Shown here one piece after another: positions 1 to 13,673 of a stretch of 64,000 nucleotides of DNA. The DNA is taken from the NCBI RefSeq assembly GCF_009834535.1, contig NC_045696.1, positions 103,108,001 to 103,172,000 on the forward strand. The letters are read 5' to 3'. The stretch comes from Camelus ferus. Its lineage: Eukaryota. The stretch's first letter is position 1. Every line of letters starts with the position of its first letter. The translations under genes and the position numbers were made by a program. The notes beneath the pieces were generated by a model that saw nothing but the letters and a program-made list of their open reading frames with translations, was not told the DNA's origin and made no database searches.

Positions 1-240
1 ATCGTCAAGGGTCAACTGTATTCCTATGATAAAAATTACCAAATAGAAAATGGTTAGTTTTTTGCTTTCCACCTTCTAAAGCTCATACCACATGTATCTC
101 AAAGGCCACCTGACTCAGCGCCAGGTTGATGACTAGTACAAAGTTTCTGTGAGATCTTGACCTCTAGAATGGTGGCTCACATTATTAAACTACAGCCTCC
201 AGTATGAATTACATATATTCATATTTTATTTATTTTAATT

Positions 241-550
241 AATAAACACTTATAAAGTGCTTACCAAGTGCCAAGCACTATTCTAAACATTTAAAAATAC
301 TAACTCATGTATATTTTAACATAAATATATATAAGTAATATAAATACATATATGATATTAAAATGTTGACTCATTGTTAATAATTCTCACAACAATTTTT
401 TAAGGTTAGTGGAATCACTATTATTTTACAATAGAGAAAATTAAGGAATAGAGAGGTTTAAGTAATTTGCTCAAGGTGACACAGGTAGTGAGTAGAAGAG
501 CCAGGATTTGAAAACAGGCAGTCTGGGTCCACAGTCCATGCCTAACCACC
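241..550 (-). mobile_element. MIR SINE relic interrupted by AT-rich sequence
   Basis: Reverse-strand MIR core: ...gagaggtttaagtaatttgctcaaggtgacacag...gagccaggatttgaa... Confidence 0.7.
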
Positions 551-1169
551 AGATGAGGCTGCTTTTCTATAAGTGAAATAAGAGGTTCATGAAATGCTGT
601 GTACCCTTATTACATGCACTATACTTAGATTATTTTCTATACTATTATTTTTACCTTTTAAAAAAAAGTATAGTAAGATGCTAAGGATTAGATCTTTCCT
701 AGAATCCGCTCAAAGATAGACCTAAGGTTTTACACATTGCTTCTTAAACTCAGGCTGTCTTCTAGTCTAGATACAGTCTTTCTGTGAGATCTGTTTTCAT
801 ACTGACCTCCACTAACTAGAAGTGTAGAAATTTTAGTATTATTTACCAACTCATTTGAAGCTTCGTCAGGTGCCATTAGCAAGGAGGACTTTTGAAACAT
901 GAGAAATAAAATATTTTAAATAGTTATGCTTTTAATCCTTTATTCCTTAGTTCTTATATTTCCTTGATTACAATTATGTAGAACTACAGTACCTGTAGTT
1001 GACATTAAATGCTAAATTTGATAGGAAATTGTCTTCTGTTTTGTTTCCCTTTACTTTCATATATTAAAACATAGCCTTTTGAAAATGAGATAATTTGTTT
1101 ACCTAGCAAATAAGCAAATCTTTTAAAGTTATTATATTCAGTGTTGGTCTAGTAGTGGTAGAGTTCTTC

Positions 1170-1730
1170 TTTTAATTACTGGTGAAAACATAAATTAGTA
1201 AAATTGTTTTGTAAAGTACATATCCAAAAGCCTTTAAAATATTCATCCCTTTGATTCAATAATTTTAATTGTTAATCTATCTAAAAACATAAACAGAAGA
1301 TCCTTATATACAAGGAATTTTATTACAAAGTTTTTTATAATAGTGAAAAATTAGAACTAATTTACATGTCCAGTAGGAGGTTCATCATAATTGTCTCCAC
1401 CTCCTCATTACAGTCATCATCTCTGCATCTCCACTGTTTCCAGAATATGCAGAACTAATAAACTGGTCCTTACAGAAAGTGCGTAACAATTTAGAAAGGT
1501 GTTTATAGTATGTTATTAAGTACAAATTTTAAAAGAAGGACACAAAATCATGCACACAGTGTACTCTCATGAATGCTTTTAAAAAAAAACAAAAAACCTG
1601 GGCATAGGAAAGAGACTGAAAGAAACATACCAAAATATAATAGTGATTGCTATAAGGTAATAAAAATGCTTTTCTTTTTTATATGGATTTTCAATAATGA
1701 AGAAATATTTCTTTTATAATGAAAAAGTAA
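1170..1730 (+). mobile_element. Old L1 (L1ME-like) 3' region relics
   Basis: Degenerate L1 ORF2-end/3'UTR-like motifs (e.g. tttataatagtgaaaaattagaac); boundaries approximate. Confidence 0.45.
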
Positions 1731-2436
1731 TGCATCTCATTTTCAAAAGCATATGTCCCCAAAATATGTAGGTCTGGAATTTCTAAGTGCACCCCTACCT
1801 GAATTTTGGTAACAGATCCTAATAGGTTTTATAGCCACTTTTGGGTTTAACTGCAGGTGCTCTTTTTTTTTTCTTTTGTGTATGTGTGTGTGATGATTAT
1901 TTTACCTTAAATGATGTTTTTTTGAGAAAAAAAGGATTAGAGGGAATATTATTCAGTGAACATAACATTTTTCAAAGTGTGTTCTAGCTGCTATAACCAG
2001 ATTTTAAGATCTTCCTGGTTTTCTCCTGTGATTCTCTCAAGCATCCTCCCAAATAAAGAAGATTCCCATCACTGTCTCTCATCACACCATGAATATTTAA
2101 GGAAGTCGTAGTGCCACTTTGTAGAAAGCTTCATTAACTATGTCATTCAAACTTTAAACCAAAGGCATAGTACATTGACTGAATAAATACACACAGCAAG
2201 TTTAAGTATTCTGATAGTTGGGTTTGGAAAACTATAAGGCAAACCTTTAATCTGGCATGATGGAATTAAAAAAAAATAATATTCTAGAGTTTTTCTGATT
2301 ACAATTTTTGGCTTATTCATTGATTAAATAAAACATGTGAGGCAAAATGTGACAGTTAGCAGATGTCATGCTCTAAACACAATGGCCTGTCTTCAGAAAA
2401 TAATGTTGTAATGAAAATACTCTTTTCTGTTTTCAG

Positions 2437-2526
2437 TGACTTTCTGGCTGATCAAGCTGCATGTTATGTCCAGGCAATACAGTGGATTTTGCACTATTAC
2501 TATCATGGAGTTCAGTCCTGGAGCTG
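2437..2526 (+). CDS. XRN1: XRN1 coding exon (~human exon 13), catalytic domain; upstream exons lie outside the window
   Basis: tttcag|TGAC...AGCTG|gtgagg; translates DFLADQAACYVQAIQWILHYYYHGVQSWS(W), matching XRN1. Confidence 0.97.
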
Positions 2527-4142
2527 GTGAGGGAATAAAAACAAAAATAAAAGTTTGGTTTTTATAATGGTTCACTCTACTGTAAATTTATTTGGTAATC
2601 TCTTTTCTTTTTATTTCCATTTATGATAGTAAGTTTAAAAAGATAGATGCAGCCAAGTTTGAATAAAATACAGATAAACCTTTCTTACATGAAAATACTT
2701 CAAAAAGACCTTTGTATAACAACAATACTTTCAGCAATAGCAGATAGCCCATAATAAAAGCTCTGTTAATCTAAGGATTTAAAATTTTCTACCTTAATGA
2801 AACAAGTATGACAAAGTTTTGATGATTATTGTGTCTGAGTGGTGGTTATGTGGGTTATTATATTCTATGTTCATGTGTCTGAAAAAATTTTTCTGTCAGG
2901 AGTAATTATTGAAGAATAGGTACTATGAATGTTAGACTGGGAAGGGTAAAGGAGAAAGGAATTATTTGCTTTTCCTGGAAAAAGAAATCTCCATTTCTCT
3001 CGTTTTTCTTGTTCCAGCAAGTTTCGTGTACATTTCCAAACCATCCACCAAATTAAAAAAATAACAAGACAAAAAAACGTTGCAGGGAAAAGCAGAGACT
3101 TTTAAGTGATGAGATAGCTTGTTCTGTTGTGTTTTGCTTTTAGAGCACCTCTGCTAGGCTTTGTTTTAAAGCACCAACAGCAAAGCAAACCAATGCAAAA
3201 CAATGTGGCATTAATTATGATTTCACTTACTAATAGCCTTTAAAAAAAATCTTTGCAGTTACTAACACAATTCTTAGGGCTTCTCTGCAGAACATTCTAA
3301 TGACAAAAATCCTTGATTTTCCATTTTTTAAGAGGGTAGGTATAAGTTATCCCTATTATATTACTAGGTATTAAGGCCACACACTTGAAAAGCATGTTCT
3401 CATATGATCCTTGCAACTATTTAAAGTAAGCATTATTTTCAGCCTTTTACAGATGAGGCTCAGAGAGAGTCAGTAATTTTTCCAATATCATCATGTAAGA
3501 ATCAAGTCCAAGCCTATCTAATTCCAAAGTCTATACAATTTCCATTGTTTCACATGCCGTTCTGCCTCCTGAGCTTTCCCATCCTGTTGACTTTTGCTAT
3601 AATTGTGGAATGTAAAAATATTTCAATTTTGGGGGTCATATTTAACATACTAATTCAAAGATACAAGTTCTTAGAGCTGACTAGCAATAAGCCATATGAG
3701 CTCAGCCTCACTGTTCCCTCTGTCCTCATGAAAGAAGCCCAGGCCCACTGAGCTAACGCAGACTTCTGACTGCCTCATAACTTCACTCTAAGAATCTTGT
3801 TTGGAAAACTCACACTCAACATTTTGAAAACTGTAAGAGCCATTCTATTATTTATATATGTAATTAATAAATCTATCTCCTCCAATTACATGGTACATCC
3901 CACTTTTGGAAATGTGGAAGTGCACTTCAAAAATTAAGAAAGTACAAAATTTGTTACTATCAAATGACCTAAATTTTCCAATACTGCTGATTTCATTTAT
4001 TCAAGTGGTAGAATTATAAGTGATTTTTTTCCTTTTGAATTATTGCTGTGTGTTGTTAAAATAGAATATGGAAGAGTATATACTTAATATTGATCTGTTT
4101 CATAAAGTTACCAGTTGTTTAAAACTCAATTTTGTTTTATAG

Positions 4143-4299
4143 GTTTTATCCATACCATTATGCACCTTTCCTATCTGATATCCGAAACATCAGTACACTC
4201 AAAATCCATTTTGAACTAGGAAAACCTTTTAAGCCATTTGAACAGCTTCTTGCTGTACTTCCAGCAGCTAGCAAAAATTTACTTCCTACATGCTACCAG
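4143..4299 (+). CDS. XRN1: XRN1 coding exon (~14)
   Basis: atag|G...CAG|gtaggt; [52 protein letters not shown]. Confidence 0.97.
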
Positions 4300-5851
4300 G
4301 TAGGTTTTAGAATTAAATGTTTTTATGTCCTTATTAATATTCAGGAGTTCCTCCTCCAAACCTAAAAACATAGAACTCAAATTTCTTTAATAGCTAAATA
4401 CATTTATTTTCAGTTTCAAATATAGTATTCCTTAAACAAGTCCTTTGAAAAGTAATTCCTTGATTTAAAGTTAGCTTTGTTTTAAAAACGCAGACAAATT
4501 GCATAAAACATTCAAAGTGTAGCTTCTTTAGTACCTTTCAGCACATCTTCAATTTCTCTCTGCACTGATGAAAGTAAATTGAGATAGGCAGATAGGCAAG
4601 ATCTGAAGGCAAAATCTGAAGCTCTCTACTTTGAGCATTTATAGATTTCATTTCAGTTCTCTTTTACCCTCTGCCTATTAGTATAGTGTTGGTTTTAATA
4701 AGTCATTTATCTCAACAAAATTACCTCACTTTATATTTGTGTTTTAAGCATTTCACTTGTCAGATTATGGAATGAAAGGCTTTTCTCTAGTTAGCATATT
4801 TCATATAATAGGAGGAAGATATTTCAGGGGTGATTGGGTCACCAAAATTTTATTCTGAGGGTAAATTTCATTTAGTCCTTCTAGAGCATCAATCTGTTCT
4901 AATTCCGTGGTCTGGTACCAGAAATTGAAGTAGACATACACATACACTCATGCACACACCCTTTGCTGATTGAAAGGTGTCAGGCTTCTTTCTGCATCCT
5001 TCTGAAATTTAATCTGTCCTTCATCCTGGCCTCTGGCCTTCTTTTCTTCATAAATTTCTTTGGTGATTTTTTTTTCCCCTACCTTAATACATTAAGTATT
5101 GATACTCAATCACTCTGGGTAAGTACAACCATGCAGGTTTTTATAGCCACATCTGTTTTGATTGTTCTGTACCCACAACATACTGATTATTAAACATTTT
5201 GAGTATTACCTTGAAAAATATGCTAATTTATTTCTTTAAAAATTGTCTATCATAATCTTCCACATTCATTTCCTACAAGACATCTTTATGCTTTCCTTAT
5301 CTACCTTTGCTATAAAATATCTAATAAAAACATGTTTTATTGGACTTTTTATCTTTGCTATTGGTGGTGAAGAGATTCTTGAATTTTAGGATTTTTTTCT
5401 TTTTAAATTATCTTAGATGGTAGTTCTTACATTAATAAAATCGGTTGATTAGAACATGAAAGTAAATTGTTTAAAGGTTAAAAACAAGACCTGTGGAGTG
5501 AACTTAGGTCTGAATGAGAAAACAATTTAGGTGGGCCTTGTAGAGTGAAAAGACAATAGAAGATAAAAATGATAATATTAAAATATTAAAATTGAGAGTA
5601 AAGATGATTTTGCTACATAACTAGGTCAGTGGAATGGGCAAGTGGTGAGTAGCAGTGAAATTAGAAGTCTCATACTTAAAAATCAAAATATAGCAAGTGT
5701 ATTGTAATGTATCTAAGAAGTGAAAGTTTACTTTTGCTTTGCTTGGAAATTTTAAGCTATAACAAATGAGGAAATACTATAAATATATTAACAAAAAGAT
5801 ATATTGATGTCAGTTATTACATTTCTATTACACTGTTTTATATTTTCACAG

Positions 5852-5971
5852 CATTTGATGACCAGTGAAGACTCACCAATTATAGAATATTATCCACCTG
5901 ATTTTAAAACTGATCTAAATGGGAAACAACAGGAATGGGAAGCTGTGGTACTAATACCTTTTATTGATGAG
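5852..5971 (+). CDS. XRN1: XRN1 coding exon (~15)
   Basis: cacag|CAT...GAG|gtcagt; HLMTSEDSPIIEYYPPDFKTDLNGKQQEWEAVVLIPFIDE. Confidence 0.97.
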
Positions 5972-6119
5972 GTCAGTGCATGAAATAATTATATATATGT
6001 ATATTTTTTTAATCAGAGATTATTTTACATAAATTAATGAGCAATGAGTTTTAATCACCATTTATGTTTTATTAATGAGTTTTAACTTCTCTCATCTTCA
6101 TTACGTGCATCAAAACTTT

Positions 6120-7970
6120 TAGGTATACTAATTATAAGAAAGCTGGTGTGGCTTTACTAACATTAGACAAAGTAGGCTTTGAAACAAGAATTATTACCAG
6201 AGATCAAAGACTTGAATAACACTATAAACCTACTCAACCTCATTAATATTTATAGAATGCTATGCCCAACAACTATGTGATACTTCACAAGACGAAGAAG
6301 AAAGCAAGAAGAAAAACTTTGTTTGCACATGGCATTATTATAGTGTAAAAAATTCTAAGGAATCTTCAAAAAGATACTATAACCATTAGATTAATTTAGC
6401 AAGGTCACAAGATATAAAATCTATACAAAACTTAATTGTAATTTCTATATGCTAGCAACAACAATTGAAAATACAAATTTTTAAAATCAATAAAAAAATG
6501 TTAAAAAAAATTAAAAGAATATTTTTATTTAAAAAAAAATACGAATTTTTTTAAATAAAAATTTTTTTATTCTCCTCACAGAATTATTGTGATGTAAAAC
6601 ACATCAGTGGTTGCAAATGGTTAGGGTTGGGGTTAGGGTGTGACTACAAAGGGATTAATGTGAGAAAGTTTTGTTAGAATGATGTGACAGTTCTGTATTC
6701 CAGTTTTAGCGATTGTTGCATGAATCTATACATATGATGAAAACACCATAGTACTGTACACACAAAAAAATATACACATAGAAACTAGTGAAATCTGAGT
6801 ATCTGCAGTAGTGTACCGATGTCAGTTTCCTGGTTTTGATCATGTACTATGGCTATGTGTGAGATGTTATCATTGGGTGAAATGTACGTGGGAGCATGTC
6901 ATACTAATTTGCAACTTCTTGTGAATTTTCACGTTTTTTGCCACTGTATACAATACTGTGATAAAAGTATTTGTATATTTGCATATTCTTTTTGTTTATT
7001 TGTTTATGCATTCTTATGTATCAGAGATTTTATTTTTATAACATGGATTCCTGAAAGCAGGAGTGCTTGGTTAATGAGAATGAATACTACCAGATTCTTT
7101 TTCAAGAAGACTGGTCTAATTCACAACAGCAATATTTAAGTGCCTACTTCTTTGAGTCTCTAGTCCTGGATATCATTGCTTTATTTAATTTTGGCCAATC
7201 TATTGATGATGAAGAATGCCATTTTATTATTACTCAAATTTGGTTTTCCCTTACCCCTAATTTGAGTATATTTTTATGTGTGTTTGCCTTTTGCATTTTC
7301 TCTTTTGTAACCAGTCTGTTTATATCCTTTTCTTTTTCTTTTTTTGATTTTAGCAACTCTTTGTATATTAGGAATATTTTTTCCTGGTATGGCATTTGCC
7401 CCTTGATTTGTTTGTGACATCTTCTGTCACATACATATTCTTTTGCTTTAAAATGTCTTTTTCCTTAAAGCTGTTAGGCTTTTTCATGCCTTACTTAAGA
7501 ATTTTTCACTCCAAATTGTCAGTACTCTCCTAGATTTTCTTCTAATACTTGTATTGTCTCATTACTCTGATACTTGTTTTTGTATATGGTATGAAGTTGG
7601 GAAGTATACGCGCTCTTTTTCCTAGCTGGATAGCTAGTTATGACAGCAACATTATTTAAATATCTGAAATACTGTGTTTGATAAAGATTTGAATTTGTTT
7701 TTGAACTCTTTATTCTTCTGGCTTGCGGGTGTCTTGTGATGTCAATACTAAAGTGTTTTGCTTACAGGTTTTATAAAAAGTGACAGGATCTGGTAAGACA
7801 AGTTCCTGGTAACTTTTGCAGCTCACACATTTATTCTTCCAGCATGAACACTAGCATCATTTTGTTGTAAAAATGTTTAAAAAATGTTTTAAACCATTGT
7901 GATTCTGATTGGAATTATGTTAAATATATAAGATAATTGGAAAAATGAACATTTCTGTACCATTGCATAG
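6120..7970. mobile_element. Cluster of old L1 fragments (+ at ~6120-6930, - at ~6935-7970)
   Basis: L1 ORF2 and 3'UTR-like motifs, e.g. tttagcaaggtcacaagatataaaatct; gattctgattggaattatgttaaatatatagataatt. Confidence 0.6.
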
Positions 7971-8322
7971 TATGTAAAGTAAGTGATTAATGACCTATGA
8001 TTAATGAGAAATCATAGTTATGACAAATTCACATTTAAATTTTGATTCTCTGCTGTTCTTATCCACACTTTAGTGGCTACTGTTGGAATAACAGGTTCAT
8101 AGGAATTTGTAGTGACAAGTAATTTTCTAGGGCCCTTTGAATCAACAGATACAGAACATCAGTTTTTCACGTAATAAAATGAAAAAGAATTCCATTAATT
8201 AAGATTTTTGTTTTTCAAAAGCACAAAAATTTATTCTGTATATTGAGGGAAAAGATTTATTCTGCATGTTGAAATTACAGAATTTTTGTACTTTTTACCC
8301 CCTCTTCAATTTTTAAATTCAG

Positions 8323-8492
8323 AAGCGATTATTGGAAGCCATGGAGACATGTAACCACTCCCTCAAAAAAGAAGAGAGGAAAAGAAATCAACATAGCGAG
8401 TGCCTAATGTGCTGGTATGATAGTGACACAGAGTTCATTTATCCTTCTCCATGGCCAGAAAAGTTCCCTGCCATAGAACAATGTTGTGCAAG
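8323..8492 (+). CDS. XRN1: XRN1 coding exon (~16)
   Basis: ttcag|AAG...AG|gtaatg; KRLLEAMETCNHSLKKEERKRNQHSECLMCWYDSDTEFIYPSPWPEKFPAIEQCCA(R). Confidence 0.96.
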
Positions 8493-9165
8493 GTAATGTT
8501 GTTTCATAATTTTTCAACGAAAACAAAGAGCTTAAAAAAATGCTTTTGAATATCTATTTGGAGAATTAACAAATAACTTACGACATCTGTAGTCAGTTGA
8601 TAATGAATTATACCCAACTTGCCAAGGATCATAACATCTCTCTCATGTTGTTTCTATAGTTCTCTGCTTTGATCCGATTCTGTTTCTCTCTTTCCATCTT
8701 CTGTTAAAGTTGTTTTTTTAATTTTTCCTCCCTAGTGTATATCTGTATTTTTCCTCGAGAGGATGTGTGAATTTTTGTTTCCGTTGCCAGTATCTGCTCC
8801 CAGCATAATTTGACAGCTATGACTGCCTTTTATACTCCTCAGCCACTCAGCTGGAAAGAAGGAAAAAAGAAGAGAGCTCCTCTGTTTCCTTGCCTCAAAC
8901 CCATTTCTTCTTTCTCTTCCTCATTAAAATGTCTTTCTGTTTTTTTCTCTTCTCTTCTCTTCCCTGCAAATAATACCCAGATGGCAGTTGAGTTGCAGAT
9001 AAGATAATCTCTGTTATGATTTTTCCTTTCATTAAAGCAAAGAGAAAGATGAAATAGACATTATAAAATGTTTACTTTCCATTCTGGGTTCTGGAACATA
9101 TAGGATATAGAGATTTGTAATATGTTCTATATGTTCTATTTTTTTTATTTTAAACATTTTGTATT

Positions 9166-9169
<4 letters not shown>

Positions 9170-9213
<44 letters not shown>

Positions 9214-9220
9214 TTTTTTT
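9170..9220. repeat. (TA)n microsatellite followed by poly(T)
   Basis: Directly visible. Confidence 0.95.
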
Positions 9221-9435
9221 AATGGGGAAAACTTCAACTCAGTATCCTACTGGCATGGTAGTGTCTGGATCAATAGAGAATCTGCTGCTCTGTATTTTCT
9301 TTGTAGTAAAGGACAAATTGTCACTTCCTTGTTTGAAAACAAGGGTAACTCTTGCAAAATACTGAAAAGAATGCTGGAAAACTGTGATTGTTTGTAATGT
9401 GTGAATTTTAAATTAAATGCCTCTTTATTTTCTAG

Positions 9436-9556
9436 GTATAAAATAATATCATTAGATGCTTGGCGTGTAGACATAAGCAAGAACAGAATAACCAGGGTTG
9501 ACCAGAAGGCATTATATTTCTGTGGATTTCCTACTTTGAAACACATCAGACACAAA
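9436..9556 (+). CDS. XRN1: XRN1 coding exon (~17)
   Basis: tctag|G...AAA|gttagt; YKIISLDAWRVDISKNRITRVDQKALYFCGFPTLKHIRHK. Confidence 0.96.
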
Positions 9557-9653
9557 GTTAGTGACTCTTTAGTTCACAGTTTTTTCACTTTATTGACTGG
9601 TAAAGTGATTATGGAGAAAGAATTAAAATTAAATTCTATGTGTTCTTTTAAAG

Positions 9654-9752
9654 TTTTTTTTGAAGAAGAGTGGGGTTCAAGTATTCCAGCAAAGCAGTCG
9701 TGGAGAAAACATGATGTTGGAAATCTTAGTGAATGCAGAATCAGATGAACTT
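9654..9752 (+). CDS. XRN1: XRN1 coding exon (~18)
   Basis: taaag|TTT...CTT|gtacgt; FFLKKSGVQVFQQSSRGENMMLEILVNAESDEL. Confidence 0.96.
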
Positions 9753-9769
9753 GTACGTATTTTCTTTAG

Positions 9770-11500
9770 TATGTATTTGTTAGGTGCTTGTTATGCATAA
9801 AACTGTTCTAGCTGCCGCGTGTTCACCAAAGAGGTATAACCTGTAGTAACTCCAGAAGTTCACAGTAAATAAGGATGAAGTAGGGAAACGTACACAAATT
9901 AAAGGGCATGTATAATTGTGACATAAAGAGCATAACAAAATGCTCTAGGAATTTTGAAAAGGAGGTGGGCTGTGAGGGCTAAAGATTAAGTACAGACCTT
10001 TAGATGAGAATAGGCTTGAGCTGGGTGCTAAAAGAAAGACTGTCACAAAGAGGGAAAAGGAGGACAAAGGTATTCCGGTTGAATAACATAAGCTGGGAAT
10101 TATAGTGAAAAATAAATGTGATACATTATCTTATTTTTAACCTTTTTGTACGTCTGAAATTTTTCTTAATCCTTTCTCTTTTTTTAGAATAAATGTGATG
10201 TATTTGAGGAAAAGGATTAGATAAGCCTGACTGAAGCAGAGGACTTGTGTTGGGAAATAGTGGAAGATAAGGTTGAAAAAACAGATTGAGGCCAGATTAT
10301 GGAGGACCTTGAATACCAGGCTAAGGAGTTTGGACTTATTTTTCATAACTGTTATCTTGAACTTGGTATTGGTGGCAATATAATAGACTAAACTGCACAA
10401 AAGAGAAATAGAAGAAAATGGAAAAGGTTCAGAGGTTGTGACTGTAGACGCCTTAGGTGATAAGGACGTAAACTGTTAAAGTGGTAATAGATCTAGGTGT
10501 ACAACACTGAAATTCACAAGTTTCATCACTTGTTCAAAAATAGGAGATGAAAAGAAAAAAAATTAACTATGACTCTGAGGTATCCAGACTAATTAACTAG
10601 AAAACAATTGCTGTTGTTTATTGGAATAAAGAATTTTAAAATGGAAGAGGCATTGGTTTGAGGAGATTGAATGATAAATAATGGAATTTTAAGGTGGTAC
10701 TCAGACATTTAACTGGAGCTGCCCTCTCAGCCTTTCTTAACAGGGTTCCACAAGAGATTTAAGCCCTAATGCCCTCTCATCCGTTTGTATATAATAGATA
10801 AATTTACCTTTAATGCATTTAGAATGGTACTAGTTATGCACCATCCTGGGGAGAATTGAGAAAATAGTCAAACTGTTTTTTGTGCTCTATAGTTTAGATG
10901 AAAAACCTCAGTTGAGAAAGGTAGCTTACGCACAATACCTGGACCTAGAGCTTGAAGGGAAGAAGGGATATACAGGTCATCAGCATGGGAGTGATAACTG
11001 GGGCCTTGGGGCTCATCGCCTGAAGAAAAGCGACTTTGAGGGCTCAAGGCCCCAGCATGAAGAAATACCTACATGTATAAAGAGTGGAAAAGGAACCAGT
11101 ATAAGTGACATAGTGTTCATAAGTGACATAATCATTCAGAGAGGTAAGAGAATGATTCCTACTTTTGGTAGTATCACGGAAGCATGGAGTAGATGGAGCA
11201 TACAGTTCAGGAAAAGTGAAAACTAAAACAAGGTCTGTGAATTTGTCCTTTGGGCATCATTATTGGCCTTTGAGAACTCCATTCCAATAGATTGGTGGAG
11301 GCAGAAGTCCAGTTTCTAAGGACTGGTCTGAGACTAGTTAGATGGAAAGTAGAGGTAGCAGATTTTAAGCCCTTGGTTAAGAGGTTTATCATTGAAAAGA
11401 AGTCTAAAGTCATAACTGTAGGTACAGAAGAGACAGCTCATTAAGCAAATCCATTCAAAAGAAGAGAGGTAGAACTAAAAAAGAAAAGAGGTCTTAAAGG
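9770..11500 (-). mobile_element. L2 LINE relics (purine-rich)
   Basis: Typical antisense L2 motifs such as gaggccagattatggaggaccttgaataccaggctaaggagtttggactt. Confidence 0.6.
10728..10924. mobile_element. Non-autonomous hAT-type DNA transposon (MITE) nested in L2
   Basis: Terminal inverted repeats cagcctttcttaac ... gttgagaaaggtag; about 197 bp. Confidence 0.6.
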
Positions 11501-11974
11501 CATTTTAGAGGGAAGGGATGTGAAGTAATGAGGGATTCCGTCTAGGGCTAAAGGGAAAGGAGTAATCTGGGAAAGGAGAACAACTTTTCCTTCAAATGAA
11601 GAAAAATGTGGGAGAATGAAATTAGAAATAGATGAGTAGAAAGGAAAAGGATAATTAAGGGAGCCTAGTTCTAATGTTAAAACTTGTTTTATTTATCAGA
11701 GTAGTCCTTCTTATGTATGATCACATTAAGAAATGTCTAAATGTAATAAATAAAATTATAAGTTATGCCCCAAAAGTCTAAAAACAGCCATCTCTAGTTG
11801 TGAAAGAAATATTTGCTAGTAATGATTAAGCATAATAAACAGAAAAAATTGAATGAAAATTTATATTTCAACTCAGTTTCTACCACAAAGTTGTTGTCTA
11901 ACTAATAGTAATAATAATAATGTTTCCTTTCAAGAATTTTTATATAAGGTATTGTTTCATACAGAATATTTATA

Positions 11975-12322
11975 CAGTTGTCCCTCTATCCATGGGGCAT
12001 TGACTCTGGGAGCACCCCCAACTGATAACCAAAATCTGTGGATGCTCAAGTCCCTTATATAAAATGATGTAGTATTCTCATGTGACCTACACACATGCTC
12101 CCTTATACTTTAAATCATCTCTAGATTACTTATGTAACACAATATAAATAATTATAAATGCAATGTAAATATTATGTAACTATTATGTAAATAGTTGTCA
12201 GCATTTGGCAAATTCAAGTTTTGCTTCTTGAAACTTTCTGGAAGTTTTTTTTTCCAAATATTCTCCATCAGTGGTTGGTTGAGTCTGCAGGTGTGGAATC
12301 CATGGATACAGAAGGCCAACTG
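11975..12322. mobile_element. MER2-like TcMar-Tigger non-autonomous DNA transposon
   Basis: TIRs cagttgtccctctatccatgg / ccatggatacagaaggccaactg, flanked by TA on both sides. Confidence 0.85.
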
Positions 12323-13569
12323 TACAGCATTTTTTAGTTTACAAAAACTTTTGTGGATATTATTTTATCCTTAAATAAATATTGTGAGGTAAATGTTATA
12401 ACTTCTCATGAAAGAAAACAGACTCAGTGGGATCAAAGGATTTGCATAAGAATCTATAGCTGAAAAGAGGTAGAATCCAATTTTGGACCTGTGATTTCTA
12501 ACTTGAAATGAGTTGTGTTCTTATGTAATTATACCAACCACAAACTGAAATGAAATCACATTTCTTAGAGTCTGCTTTATCCTATCTGAACATTTGATAC
12601 GAAATAGTGAATAATAGCCATTTTCTAGACAACTCTTCTTGTTCTTTTCACTTTTCTCAGTTTCCATGAGAAAAATAAACAAGATAATCATGAGAATAAA
12701 ATAGAATCGAAGAAGTTTACAACTAGATGGAATTTTGTAAAGCAGCTTATCCAACTCATTAATTTTACAAATTAAGAAACTTAAATGGAGATTGGAAAGG
12801 GGCATTCACTCAGCTAGTTAGCAGCAGAACTAAGGACCTAGGTTTCTTACTGAACATTATTTTCCGCTAATGTTAGCTATTATCATGGACAGTAATACTC
12901 ACATTATACATCAGTATTCTTCTGTTTTGTTTTACTGAAACCTGTTTTCTCACCAAGTAATTTCATTCAGGATTAAAATCAGTGGGCCACCTTTACTAAT
13001 AACTGCCAGTGCTGTTGAGAAAACGAGAAGGAATCAAGCTTCTTAAGTATCATGAGGTTTATAGTGCTGACATACTGTAAGTTGGCCCTAATTCCCCTCC
13101 AATAAGAGATTGGCAGACGAAGAGGTAAACTTGGTAAACTTCCACAGATTCATAATAAATTAAAGGGTAAAGAAAGGAAATAGTTAAAAAAAAACTGAAA
13201 AATATTTTTTTTAAAGGAAAGAAGAAAATTTAAAAGAACAGACATCCTGGAAAATGTACTAGAAAGAAAAAGAGTAGTTGGCAATAAAGGCACAACTTAG
13301 AGAAGAGTAATTAAGAAAACTAACTGAATTTGAATGGGTGGAATAATTAAGTTGAAATAAAGCTGAGAAAAGCAGGTACTAATAGGGAATAATTGGCTTG
13401 AGTGAGCAAGTGATATTTTATATCTGTTTTAATTATTAATGGGGTTTTTATAGATCTTAAGTACACAGTTATAAACACAAGGCAGTTTTTAATTATTTAA
13501 TTTTGCCTCTGTAAAATTTTCTCTCGGACCTAAAACATAAATAAAAAACTTTTCTACTTTTACTTTAAG

Positions 13570-13673
13570 AGTGTAGAAAATATAGCTTCCTCAGTGCTTG
13601 GAAAGTCTGTCTTTGTTAATTGGCCCCATCTTGAAGAAGCTAGAATTGTGGGTGTATCAGATGGAGAAACTAA
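13570..13673 (+). CDS. XRN1: XRN1 coding exon (~19)
   Basis: ttaag|AGT...AA|gtaagt; SVENIASSVLGKSVFVNWPHLEEARIVGVSDGET(K). Confidence 0.95.

Noticed and set aside
9401..9748. 115-aa ORF reading through exon 17, the 97-nt intron and exon 18
   Set aside because: The intron length is not a multiple of 3, so exon 18 is read out of frame; there is no evidence beyond possible intron retention
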